A DNA stretch of 63,237 nucleotides, the filler included, from Collodictyon triciliatum (Eukaryota), in assembly GCA_043381765.1 (NCBI GenBank). It is 11 parts of 11 records of this genome, joined end to end, with 100 filler letters (N's around TTAATTAATTAA, not from the genome) between each part and the next. Parts side by side here need not be neighbours in the genome. Positions count along the whole stretch, not along the records: positions 1 to 5,873 come from JBHJMP010004875.1; positions 5,974 to 11,844 come from JBHJMP010004876.1; positions 11,945 to 17,812 come from JBHJMP010004877.1; 8 more parts are not named here. One strand, 5' to 3'. Of this stretch, positions 1 to 12,298 are shown piece by piece; positions within the stretch are counted from its first letter, which is position 1; every line of letters begins with the position of its first letter. The notes beneath the pieces are model-generated. The model did not search any database. It saw only the letters and a list, made by a program, of their open reading frames with translations, and had not been told where the DNA came from. A program made the position numbers and the translations under genes.

Positions 1-6
1 AAAAAA

Positions 7-87
<81 letters not shown>

Positions 88-702
88 GTCATGCGATTTT
101 TCTCCGCTTCGCAGTTTGGAGGGAATGTATCCGGCGCGTTGACACCATGCGAAATTTTCAGACACCGATTGTCCGGTATGTAGCCATCCAGCCCTTCTGG
201 GGCTTGTGTGACAAACATGCGGCGGCTCCCATGAGCCTTGTCAATTATTATTATTTACGATGTTGTTGCTATGATAACAGTTATAAAGACTCAAAGTGTC
301 TACACTAGTGCACTGCATAGAGCTGGGGATATGTTTGTTTCATGTTTCTTTTCTTTTTTCTCCTCCGACTAGCCAGATACTTTATTACATCATTCTAAGC
401 ATATCCAAACCAGTATCCAATCTTTATTTAAGCCTTGGCAAGGGACAGGGTTTCTTCATAGTTGAGATGTAGGGAGGAGGAGGAGAAAGAGGAAAAAAGG
501 CAGTAGTTTGGGTTATAAATCGAGAAGAGAGTAAATAATGGCTCAACACGGCAAACCCAACAATTAAGTTGCTGTGCAGCCTGGGGTTTGCGTGTTGAGA
601 TGTGAGAAAAAAATGAAAAGAAAAAGAAAAAGAAAAAATTGAAATGCAAGGAAGGCACAAACGATGCAAAGGACCGTGACTAATGAATCCTGGCAAACTA
701 TC

Positions 703-2315
703 CTATGAATGCATAAAGGATTTTCTGCGAAGCTCCCATATCTCTTGTCTGAGCTCCAAAATGGTCTTTTCCATCTCCTGGATGCGCTTGTCGGCAGAAT
801 CGCATCGTTGACAGCCTGCTTTGTCTTGGGTATTGGCATGCACATGAGTCTCAGGATGTGTCGCGTTTGGGCCGGGTATATGTTGGGAGGCAGAGGATAC
901 CGGGGACATTGCGTGTGTCGGGTGGTTCATCAGGACGGGGCTGTAAAGCGACATGCCGTTGGGAATGTGCTTGAAGATTGGCGGGGTTGCCAGGAGTTGA
1001 TGCAGGGAAGGAATGCTGAGTGGGCGGCCCATGGATTGCAGGGCAGACTCCTTTATTGCAGCCATCATGGGATTGTCGGCTGGGCTGCCTGAGCCGAAAA
1101 GATCAGAGTTTGGCTGGGAGGGCAAAACAAGGTGAGACAAGTCTGAGCCAGACGACGAGTCATGCCATGAATGGTTATCCGAGTCGTCCGAGCTTCCGTG
1201 TTGAGCAAAGACCTGCGTTTGCGTTTGCGTTTGCGTTTGCGTTTGCGTTTGCGTTTGCGTTTGCGTTTGATGGAGGCTACGGTGGTGGGTGTTTGTGTTG
1301 GCCTTTGTGCTAGAATGTTGGCGATGTAAATGAGGTGATTGGCTCAACAGCGAGGGTTCCGAGTGGGAAGGAATCGAGAGATTGGGCAACATAGGGTCAG
1401 AAACGCCACTTCCATGGGCTGGCAGATTGCCGTCGTTCGCGGGTACTACAGGGCGCGGCTGAGGCGATTTGAAAGGAGTAGTTTGCATAACAAGGCCGAT
1501 AGATGGTGCAATCGCGATAGAAAGAGGGGCGTTTCCACCGGGATTGATTGTGTGAGTGTTGCTAGGTGATGCAATCAAAGGATGAGCATATGCCGTGGCC
1601 AAGGCCTGCTCGAGACGAGGGCGTTTGTGTGCGCTGGCATTGAGCTCGACCTGCTGGCGCTTAAAAAACTTTTGTGCGTGGCTGGCCACCTGAGACGGGG
1701 AGCGATTCGGCACAAAGAAGCGAGAGATGCTTTTCCAGTCACCTTTGCCGAACTTCTCCAGTCCTTGTAGAAACTTCTGGTGCTCTTCCGGTGTCCATGA
1801 TAGCCCTATTGAAGGAAAGTAGTCGAATGCAACTGTGAGTTAAAAAGTATGTGAGTCAATCAGATACTACAGACACGATATCAGAGCGTTGACCTAATAA
1901 AAGAAAAATGAAATGCATACCTTTTGATTGCTGATAGCGAAGTTTTCTGTCAGAGACAGAGAAAGCTACAGCATGGTCAATAAGAGACATTAGATCAGGT
2001 ATATTTTTTTTCTATTCTCTTTCTTACTTTCATGGATTTTATGTTTCAGTTATTTTATTTCATGGCATTCAGTCCACGTAGCTTTTTTTTTTTAAAAAAA
2101 AAAGTCCTTTATGCACTCAATATACAACGTAAAAAGGAAACATACCGACAATGGCGCCTCCGTTGCTCTTGACAAACTTGTTGTGGAATGTGAGAGATTT
2201 TTCTTCCGGCAAAGCGCTGAGTTCCATCCGAGTCAGTGAACGATCGTATCACTCCGTATTCTTCCTGGGGTGACTCTTTTCTGCTGGTGTCGTGGATATC
2301 AGATCGTCTGGGAGG
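703..2315 (-). CDS. SHAQKYF-class single-repeat Myb transcription factor (spliced; 5' end uncertain)
   Basis: Exon from acceptor at 1805 reads [50 protein letters not shown] followed by a long S/P/Q/H-rich tail and a C-terminal coiled coil. Upstream exons at ~1921-1965 and ~2146-2315 have GT-AG borders. Confidence 0.9.
1213..1268. repeat. (GCGTTT)n hexamer microsatellite encoding a poly-(QT) tract in the Myb protein
   Basis: Tandem gcgttt units; translated QTQTQT... on the minus strand. Confidence 0.95.
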
Positions 2316-3623
2316 CTATAAGTCTATTGTCAAAGTATGTTCAAAGGTATGCTACGCATAGTCGAAATATTATACACCCTCTGATATCAGCCTTTGGTCG
2401 TCCTTTGACTGCATAGAAGATCAAGGCTTTCATGACGCTTCTTTGCCCAAAGACCTTCGAGTGCCATGACAGGATCAAGAGGATTGTTATAGTTTGTTTG
2501 ATTTTCGCCCAGAGATGAGTGCGTTCTCACCTCACACAATCCTTTCAGAACTTGCCAATCAGTGACGCTGTTCCGTATCACAGGGAAAAACAAATAAAAA
2601 AATAAAAAAATAAAAAAATAAAAAAATAAAAAAATAAAAAATAAAAAATAAAAAATAAAAAACAAATAAGAACCAAAATAAAATAAAAAACGCAGTTAAA
2701 GAATTGGAAAAAGACAAGAAACAAAGGAATACAAAAGTATAAACAATACAAATTAAATACAATAAAAAAAGGGATAATTAGAAGAAATACTAAGGAGGAC
2801 GGAAAGGACTGAATCAAAATAAAAGAATCATAGAAAAAGAAGTGTCGAGTGGGTGACTTTCACCCTGGCACGATCGCGGCACTCAACATCGCGCATACTT
2901 GCAATCGCCCGCCTGCTAAGACGAAACAAACGTAGCAGATTCAGTTTATCCAAGCAGAGCGGCCCAGATTCTTTCGGATAACTTAGCGGGTTGCGCGCAT
3001 GCGTCACTCGCAACTTTCGGTGAAAATAAGACCAATAAGGATATCTCGACTTTATTGGAAAACTGTGGTGGTTCGACCAAACCGGCCTGGGCATTCGACT
3101 CTACCATCTGTGGAATTTTTGATGTCGAAAAATATCCTTATATAGGACAATAGCGCAAATTTTACAAATTCGAAAATTACACACACCCCAGGGGCGAAGG
3201 CCGCTGGCTGCTTCGTTCAAGATTTACTGTGCGGCGCTCAACAGGCTTCGATTTTTCTGCCACTGCTTTCTCGCTGCAGCTTTGCGTGGCATGTAAATAT
3301 GCTCCTGATTTATTTTATTTGCCTCCAGAAAGGCGAGCACAGTAATCATCTTACTGTCAACAAGAGCTTAGATGAAGGTACTCTTTCTGCCCAGAAATAA
3401 AAATAAAAAAAAAACGGATTCTAGTGCGATTCCGTTCTGGGCTCACAAGGAGAAGGCAAAGGAGCATGCAATTGAAATTGAAGATGAAGATAAAGCGAAA
3501 AAAAGAGTGTCACATAAATAAGATGACAGGGGGAGATACTTTTCATAGCATTTTCTTTTTTCTTTCTTTAGAAAAAAAAACCCTTAACGCACCCATATTG
3601 TTTTCCTTACAAGGAGTCAAGTG

Positions 3624-5283
3624 TTATGAGACGCCCGCACCAGCGCCGATAAATCGGATGGCCTCTGAAACCCCCAGGCTTGCAAACATCTTACCTCTAG
3701 CTACTATTCGACTTTGGAATGCTTTCTGCTCATATCTCATCACATATTTTGCAACCCATGGGTGGGTCAATAGTAGCTTTCGAGAAAGTCGCAGCTTTGG
3801 GTTGGTCCGCATCAAGTTTTGTATGAACGTGGTTGCATCTGTATATAAAAATATATTATCACAGCTTCTATATCCAAGTCAGCGAAAATTAACTCCGTGT
3901 TTCCCCTAGTGGGTCAGTCGAAGTATATAACTCGGTGTGGCCATATGTAAATATAAGGAAATATAGTGATGTCATTCTTGTGTCATGAATGAATTAATCG
4001 ACTAAATATAAGAGATGAGCATAAAATATACATAGACATTAGATGAAATTACCATGGGAGAGCCCATCAGGAAACCTGAGGGTCGGATCTCGTTGTGTTT
4101 GGATTAGTAGTTCATATTCATCTATCCAATTTTCGCCAAAGGGAATGAGCTTCGTAAACATAGAAAAGGTGAGGCATCCAAGGCCCCAATAGTCACTAGA
4201 GTAGTCGTATGTTGGTGCGAAAACAACCTTTTTGTTGTGTTTTTTTAGAAAGAAAGAAAAGAAAGGATAATGACGTATATGATTGAACTATTTCAGACAA
4301 ATGGGTATTGTTCGATGTTTTTTTTTAATGTAATCTTATATTGACTAATACATAGAGGTAATGAGATTTAAAGCTAAATATTTCGCTATCGTTTCTTTAC
4401 TTTTTTTTTATCATTATTGTTATCATCACTACTGCTATTGTTATGGTTAACTCATGTATATTTCGAATATGAGAAATTTACTTCTGGAGCGATATATCCA
4501 GGTGACCCACAAACAAATTGGTATTCCGCTTTAACTGTATAGCAACTGCAACACAGTCCAAAATCACAAAGCTTGACAATACCAGTTTCTTGAACTAAAA
4601 TATTTTCGGGTTTCAGGTCGCGGTGAATAACCCCGTTCTCATGACAATAGTTTAGAGCAAGAATGATCTGAGAAATAATCTTCTTTCCGTCTCGTTCATC
4701 CATGCGCGGGAACGAGTTAATATAAGACAAAAGATCTTCTCCTTGGACAAGCTCCATTACGATATATGTAAAGTCACGGATAGGATCTTCTACGAGCTGG
4801 ATGAGTGTTATGCGTATATGTTTGTATGAGGCCAGAATGAAATGATACGAAGAAGAGGAGAAATATGAACAAGTAGTATTAAATAAGTCTAGGAGGCATC
4901 AGTGATGATATAATTAATCATAGAAAAATGAGAAAATTCAAAATTATTCAACCTCGATGAGCTGGACAATATTTGGGTGATGAAGTCGAGATATTGTATT
5001 GACCTCACGAAGAACATTAATTCGGTCATGAGATTCTAAATGTTCAACATTCCAATCAATCACTTTTGCAGCTACCTAAAAACATGTGCGACAAGTCAGA
5101 TTATTATTATTAATATCATTATTACTATTATCAAACAAGTGAGGGGTTTCTGTTGCTTCTCTTCTGTAATTTATGAATCAGCTCGTATCTTTACCAATAT
5201 TTTTGATGTTTTACTGAAGCACTTCCATACAGTCCCTGTCGATCCATACCCAATAACCTTTAAGAAAACATACTCGTTGATAC
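3624..5283 (-). CDS. Ser/Thr protein kinase, CAMK/AMPK-like (multi-exon; start exon not resolved)
   Basis: Spliced motifs IGYGSTGTVWK, VAAKVID, LHHPNIVQL, IHRDLKPEN, DFG, GSPGYIAPE, SDYWGLG, and RLS...THPWV before the stop at 3624. Confidence 0.9.
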
Positions 5284-5775
5284 CTGTATTAAAACGTCAC
5301 TAAGGTGTGTATTCATGGTGGTTTTTTTTTTAATACCGATAGCAGACACATTCTAGAACGCTATTATGATGGCTGAGATAGAAACATAAGTATTCAATCA
5401 AATGAATATGAAAATGTGACATTTTAGTGAAATAGTACCAGAAATAAGCTGTTGTGGAGGACGAGCAAAGTTGAAGACAGACGTATCGTCTATGATGATG
5501 AAAAATTGGGGGAAAATTAATGTCGTAATATAGCAACCCTATCGAGACACTAAACCCCAAAGTAAAATAGCTATCACAAATACAAACAGAAATGTTGTAG
5601 AACTCATTCATATTCAGCAAAAGTAAAACACGTCCTACATAACGCGAGGAAAAACAGCCTGAAAGAGACTGTGTGTGTGTGTGTGTGTGTGTGGAAAAAG
5701 CGAGACTGTCTTATTATAAGTCATGATAATATTTTTTAAAAAGAAGCCTCTTGTTGCCCCGGATAGTTGACGAAT

Positions 5776-5872
<97 letters not shown>

Positions 5873-5873
5873 C
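5776..5873. repeat. (AAC)n microsatellite at scaffold end
   Basis: Perfect aac run abutting the gap. Confidence 0.95.
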
Positions 5874-5973
5874 NNNNNNNNNNNNNNNNNNNNNNNNNNN
5901 NNNNNNNNNNNNNNNNNTTAATTAATTAANNNNNNNNNNNNNNNNNNNNNNNNNNNNNNNNNNNNNNNNNNNN
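5874..5973. other. Artificial scaffold spacer (44N-TTAATTAATTAA-44N); also at 11845, 17813, 23778, 29743, 35707, 41670, 47630, 53590, 59547
   Basis: Ten identical 100-nt spacers with stops in all six frames; intervening scaffold lengths decrease 5873, 5871, 5868, 5865, 5865, 5864, 5863, 5860, 5860, 5857. Confidence 0.99.
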
Positions 5974-8900
5974 AAAAGTGTTGAGAAATTCGAATACCTG
6001 TATCAATATAAAAAAGACAAAGTAGAGAATAGCTGGTGAGGTGTAGGGAACTACGAAGGCAGTAAACCCAAACACGATTGCTTGTAGGACCCGAACTACA
6101 ACCCACCAGTCATAGTCCTTGAATAAATGTCGTATAGCCATAATAAATTAAAAAATTAAACTATGTCAAACAGGTTTTCTCCTCTTTATTTGATTCGAAT
6201 AGTATGCATAACAGAACGAATACTAAATTACCTCCTCGTAAATAGAATACAGTCGGCCTATCTGAATCTGGCAGACGAGATCAAAGATAGACACGGATAA
6301 ATCTAATCCGCTACTTTTTATGGCGCACTTACTATGAGAAGGCTTCGTTTCTTGTGATTCGCACCCTGATTTTTCTGTCTCCGTCTTTTCGTCCTTTCGA
6401 CTGGGATTTTCTTGTTGAACCTCATTCTGAATTTCAATAAAATGCATGCCTCGTAGCTCATTCATTTCAATATTAACGGGTTCTTCAATATTTTGTACCT
6501 TTAGCTCCTAATCAATTCAAAGTCTCTGTTATTTTTTGCACAAGTATTTATAATTAGAGAAAAATTCAAAGTACGAAAAAATAAACTAGAGCAAAAGAAC
6601 AAATTTATCGATTGAGAGAATGAATGAATATTTTTTTGAACCTTGTAGGTACTATACTCTTCGTGTCTCATCGACCTTGATCTCTTGACAATCAACCAAA
6701 GTGTCATGGGATACGAGAAGAGATATATTAAACCCGGCACAACCGACCCTAACATGATTGCATAATTCTCTGTCATAGGGTTACACTGTATCCACGGGTA
6801 AGTATTGAGAAACCATGATTCCAGCCCTTTATCGTGGAGAGTGCACCCCAGTTTACTCATTACATCTTGAACAACAGAAAAGTAAGTCCCTTCCAAGAAT
6901 ATAAACATCACTGCAACAACTTATTATATTTAATCAAAAATATTAATAGCCTACAGGTGATCGTTATGAAGTTCCAATTACTTAATTTTCGTTACCTTCT
7001 CGACTTTTCTCTTATCCTTCTTTCTAACAAACCTCCTGAGAGCTACATATACTATAATAACTATCGCAGGAATACGCGCAAGATTCATCAATGAGGTAAT
7101 ATGAGGGTGATTTCCCACAAAGCATTCAAGGGTTGGTAATTTGAGTGATACTGCGTTTCCAACAAACTTCCCGGCCACATTAACATCAGGCAATGAAACT
7201 ATGCTCCCCAGTACTTGAAGTATTTGAGTGTAGAACAAAAATATGTCTAATGACGCTATTATTGAAAATAATTCAATTAAGTTAGCATGAAGAAAATTCA
7301 AGAAATGAGTTTCTATTCTAAGAACTTGTTCACGATATGAATATTTAATAAGCTGATAACCTGAATCTTTTTCCTCTTCTTCATTTTCTTTTCCTTCATC
7401 CTCCTGTGTACTTTCTCCAAACCAAGCTGATCCAATTTGCCATATGACTCCAAAGAACAAAATTACAACAAATGCAACAATTTTTGAAATGGAGTAATCT
7501 GATGAACATTCATTGCACTCCCCAGCATCGAAAAGATACCCTTCTTCACATTTTTGACACCCCCTACCAGAGTAGCCCTCCTGGCAAGGGAACACGTAGG
7601 TTCCGTCCTTGATAGACATTCTGTCCTCCATCGAGTTTCCAACATAGAACACGCATGAATCAGGATTCATACACGGAACAATATCACGTATCGTCACAAT
7701 GTTCGGGGTGAAGTAACATTTTTTTAAAGACACACCATCATCGCAATCACATGTCTTTGGGCATTTAATACAATCATTCCCGTAGCCAAAGTATCCAGGT
7801 AAGCATTTGCAAAGCCCATATTCGTGATAGTTTGGATTGATGGAAACTTTCATTTCAGTAAACGCAACCTTTGCTAACACAGATGGGCATATGTATTTAT
7901 CGAAAAAATTACTTAGACTAAAAGGGTTGGTAAAATTCATGAAATTTGGCAAAAATCTGGCCTCATTATGGCTCATGGACGTGTTTTCTAGGCCTAAATA
8001 CTCTAGCTCTGTTAGTCTGCTATACGATTCTGGAATACTCCCAACAATCGGATTTCCAGATAAATCGAGGTAATTCCATCGAGCAAATCTAGTCAGGTCT
8101 CCGAGCTTTGTTATTTCGTTATTTTTCAAGCTTAATTTTTTCACATTTTTGACAAAATCGAATATGCTCCCATCTAATCTTCCATGCAGTTTGTTATCAT
8201 CCATTAAAAGGGTGTGATAAACGTAATCATAGGAGCCTGTTGCCGGTGAAATAAATGAACCAACCTCCCCAGAGAAGAGATTTGCCCTTAAATCAATGAA
8301 CACTAGTGACTCTGAATTCCAAAACAAGTCCGGCATGCTCCCAACAAATTTGTTATTTGATATGGTAAAAGACCTCAAGTATTTCAAATTCTCGAAATTT
8401 TTGGGGATTACTCCACTGAGTTCGTTTCTGGAAAGATCAAGAGCTTCAATCAAGGGGATGTACCAATCAAAGGGAATCGATCCTTTGAGCTTGTTGTTTG
8501 CAACATCCAGTTTGGTCAGCTTAGGGAGATAAATGGATGAAAATGTGTTATTAAGGTTGTTTTTAAAAACAAAGATTTCCTCAATGCCCAAGCAATTGTT
8601 GAAACTTGGTATTCCTCCATGAAGCTCATTTTCATATGCAGAGAATTTGTTCAACACAGGAAGGTTAGAAAATTGTGGAATGGTGCCTATTATTAAAAGA
8701 TACTAAGATTTCTTTGGGAGTGGCAATAGGAAAAATAAATTAATATAAGCGAATGTCTAAAAATGATATACAACAAGATTGAAAATAAAAAGGAGTTAGA
8801 AAATACCCGTTAGAGTGTTAGATGCCAGTTCTAAGAACTTTAATGACGCCAAATTTATGAAGTCAGGGATACTACCTAAGTAAAAAAATCAACCATCCAG

Positions 8901-11241
8901 ATCTTTAATATTCTTTAACTAAATGACAACAACAGGTGGTTTTCATTATTATGTCCCAAATTATTCCAAAAAAAAAAAAACAATCTATCTAAACCTGTTA
9001 ATTTATTATTCGTCATGTAAAGATAGTATAATTTCGGTAAATTACTGAAATTGGGAATCGATCCTGAAATAAGTGACTTTGAGTTCAAATGTGTCCATAC
9101 CATTTTTATAATTACAGACCGAATGTAATACAAAACCCCTTACCTTGAATCTAACAAAGGAAAAGACATATCGAATATATTTATGCTGGTGTATTTGGGT
9201 TCCTACCGATTAATTTATTTCCAGACACATTAATCCCTTCAACCTTCGGGATGTTTGTAAAATCAGGTACGGTTCCTATGGATTGGTGTTAAAAAAATTT
9301 TAAATAAGTATACTTATCTCGATGGTCGAGTATGCAAGACATTAGGATATTGTTGATGATATCGCAACCAATCTCACCGATAAGTTTGTTGCTGTAAATA
9401 GATATCCACTCCAAATTACTCATGAAACGAAAATCAGGTATTGTTCCTTTATATGTTGGTGCTTTAGCAACATGATTTTATACAGATTTTTTTTTTAAAA
9501 AAAAAGAATTAATAACACTTTTGTAATATAATATTCTTAAAAAATGATTTTGGTACCACTCAACCGATTTCCATAAAGATACATCTCCTTCATGAAAGGT
9601 AAGCTATCAAAATCTGGTATCGTCCCTAGTAATTGAAAAGGCTTCGATTTTGGACGAAAATACAATAACAGAAAATTTAATTATAAAGAATTTTTATAAT
9701 TTTACCAGTTAACTGGTTACTAAAAAGAGCCAAGTATTCGATTTTTTTGCAGCCAGTAAAGTTCGGTATGGTTCCTGATTTTAGGTTTTGATTCAGTAAA
9801 ATGATGACAGTTGCACGTTCCCATACAGAATAATATATGTACAGATGAATTTTTGAATGACGAGTGGAATAAAACGGAAAAAAAAATCTACAGAAAATTT
9901 TTTAAATGAGAAATACGTACCATCCAACTCGTTCTCACTCAAATATAATCTCTTTATTTGTGGTATGTCCTTGAAATCAGGTATTGTACCTTAACAAACG
10001 GTTGTAAGCAAAGAGGAAAGAACAAAGAAATATCGATCTTCAGCAGTCTTTGAGTGGGATTATTGCAAATAAAATGGAAGCTATCGATTCGTTTCTATAC
10101 CATTGAAATTATTGTCGCTAAGATACATGTATACGACGCTGCTGATAGAACTGAATTCGGTTAATGTGCCTGTATTGATTGTTATTGAAATTTTTATGGA
10201 TGAAACCAAATCTTATCTAAATTAAAATTTTAATTAAAACGATCACAAAAATCTATTGGTAAAGTCTCGACGCCTTCATATTCGAACTAATTGGATAGTT
10301 ATCAATTTCAGTGACTTAGGAATTAGGTACCATGAAGTTGATTAGAACTCAGGTGAATTAAAACTGTGTCCTTAATGCTCTGAAAATTCGGAATCGTCCC
10401 TAAAATTTAGTATAATTTGTTATCAAAAGGTTTATCTGGTTAAAGAGGATTTTTCTCGCCGAATGACTATGTTAAACTGAATATGTCCTGCTCAATTTAT
10501 TGGCAAATAATGACAAATATATGAGACTTGGTAAGTTACTAAAATCGGGTATTGGTCCTGGAATACATATAATGGTATATTGTGATGAGTGATTGTGTTA
10601 TTTCGATAGTATCTAGATAATCACACCAGATATCTATGATGCTGTTGCATTGTGTTGTTGTGCTTACCGCTCATTTGGTTTCTGCTTATGGCCAGTTCTT
10701 GTAGATTCTGTATACCTTGGAAATCGGGCACCGTGCCTGCGATTCATATAATAATTTTGAGCGTTTATCCACACCATTTGACTAGATTATTTCCTGTGAT
10801 GAAGCCTATTCATTTTGAACTGAGTCATTATACCGCTTAATTGGTTGTTGAAGAGGAAAGAATTGCAAGATTTGGTAAGTTGCTGAAATTTGGTATCCAT
10901 CCCAGAAGCGAAATCATTTTATAGTGTGCCATGTGATTGAATGGTGTTGATAGCAATTGAGTAAGAGGACCAAATAATAAAGGGAAAATATATCAGGGCT
11001 TGTGCTTACCACTCATTTGATTTCTTCCAAATCCCAATGTATTCACACTCGGTATGCCTTGAAAATCAGGTATTGTACCTATAATGGGGACATATATTTT
11101 ATTGATGAAATGCATTATGGTATTAATCTATTTCCGATGATGATAGCTTTTATTAATTAATGTAATATGTACCGCTTAATTGATTGTCATAGAGGTACAA
11201 TACTGTGAGTATTGGTAAGTTGCTGAAATCAGGAACTTGAC
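5974..11241 (-). CDS. Cell-surface receptor: plant-type LRR ectodomain + Cys-rich/EGF-like region + multi-pass TM domain (partial at both ends)
   Basis: 14 one-LRR micro-exons (8807-11241). A large exon from 8686 carries more GxIP...LxLxxN repeats, CKCLPGYFG and CQEGYSGRGCQKCEEGY, then hydrophobic helices continuing through exons near 6645-6920, 6232-6498 and ~5990-6118 (LYSIYEE|DYDWWVVV). Confidence 0.85.
8807..11241 (-). repeat. Array of 14 phase-1/phase-1 LRR micro-exons (69 nt, 23 aa each; one 68 nt)
   Basis: Exons at 11173-11241, 11010-11078, 10834-10901, 10668-10736, 10489-10557, 10331-10399, 10101-10169, 9921-9989, 9706-9774, 9557-9625, 9378-9446, 9207-9275, 8995-9063, 8807-8875; consensus G-x-[IV]-P-[DN]-F-xx-[LI]-xx-[LIV]-xx-[LI]-x-[LI]-xx-N-x-[LM]-x. 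Confidence 0.92.
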
Positions 11242-11944
11242 CTGAATCAAAACGACACATAACCAGTAGTCAGACGCCAGAATAAATCCTTTGGTTATTT
11301 ATGCGACCATTCTATCGATATCATACTTTTTTATGATTCCTTTCAATTTTGTGCAAGATGGTGAAGATGTTGGCTTCGGCTCGCTATCCATCATTTGCAT
11401 GGACGCAATTTGGTGGACAGGTGGCGGAGAAGTAGTCGGTAATCAGGAACGAGGACTTTGAGGGATATTTTGGCTGCTTTAAGCATTCGAGTACCTACGA
11501 AGATACTGCAATAAAAGAAGATGTTTATGAAGATGTTGCCAACCAGCAGTCTGCGGATAATGCATTTAGCAGCGAAACAATGTAAGTTTTTTTTGTTATT
11601 AAAAGGTTGATTAAAAATATTTGTACTTCACTTTATAAAAATATTGGCGGGGAAAGCTTATGACGAGTTCGACAAAGAAATCACGTGACTCATACGGACC
11701 TAATTCTTCATTTCGTATTCAGTTGACATGGTCTCTGCATATCAAAGGCCATTATTGACATTAAAACTTCATATATTTTCATTTCTCATCCATCTTCTTT
11801 CTTGTCCTTTTCTTTTCTTTTCTTTTCTTTTCTTTTCTTTTCTTNNNNNNNNNNNNNNNNNNNNNNNNNNNNNNNNNNNNNNNNNNNNTTAATTAATTAA
11901 NNNNNNNNNNNNNNNNNNNNNNNNNNNNNNNNNNNNNNNNNNNN

Positions 11945-12146
11945 GTTATGTTATGTTATGTTATGTTATGTTATGTTATGTTATGTTATGTTATGTTATG
12001 TTATGTTATGTTATGTTATGTTATGTTATGTTATGTTATGGTTTGTTTTGTTTTGCTTTGTTTTGCTTTGTTCTGTTTTGTTCTGTTTTGTTCTGTTTTG
12101 TTCTGTTTTGTTCTGTTTTGTTCTGTTTTGTTCTGTTTTGTTCTGT
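11945..12146. repeat. (GTTAT)n followed by (GTTCT/GTTTT)n pentamer microsatellites
   Basis: Direct tandem repeats at scaffold start. Confidence 0.95.
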
Positions 12147-12298
12147 CTTTGATTGGACTCTAGTCCTCGATAATTTCATTTTCCATCCTTATATATGCAT
12201 GAGATACTGTCTCTTCTCCAGAATTATGTGTCTATGCTTTGTTATCGTGTCTCATATCAAAAAATTTATAATATTTGAGCGAAAATGAACTACATTAG

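Noticed and set aside
8807-11241. Periodic repeat-spacer pattern resembling a CRISPR array
   Set aside because: The repeats are divergent protein-coding exons with GT-AG introns; there are no identical direct repeats or cas genes
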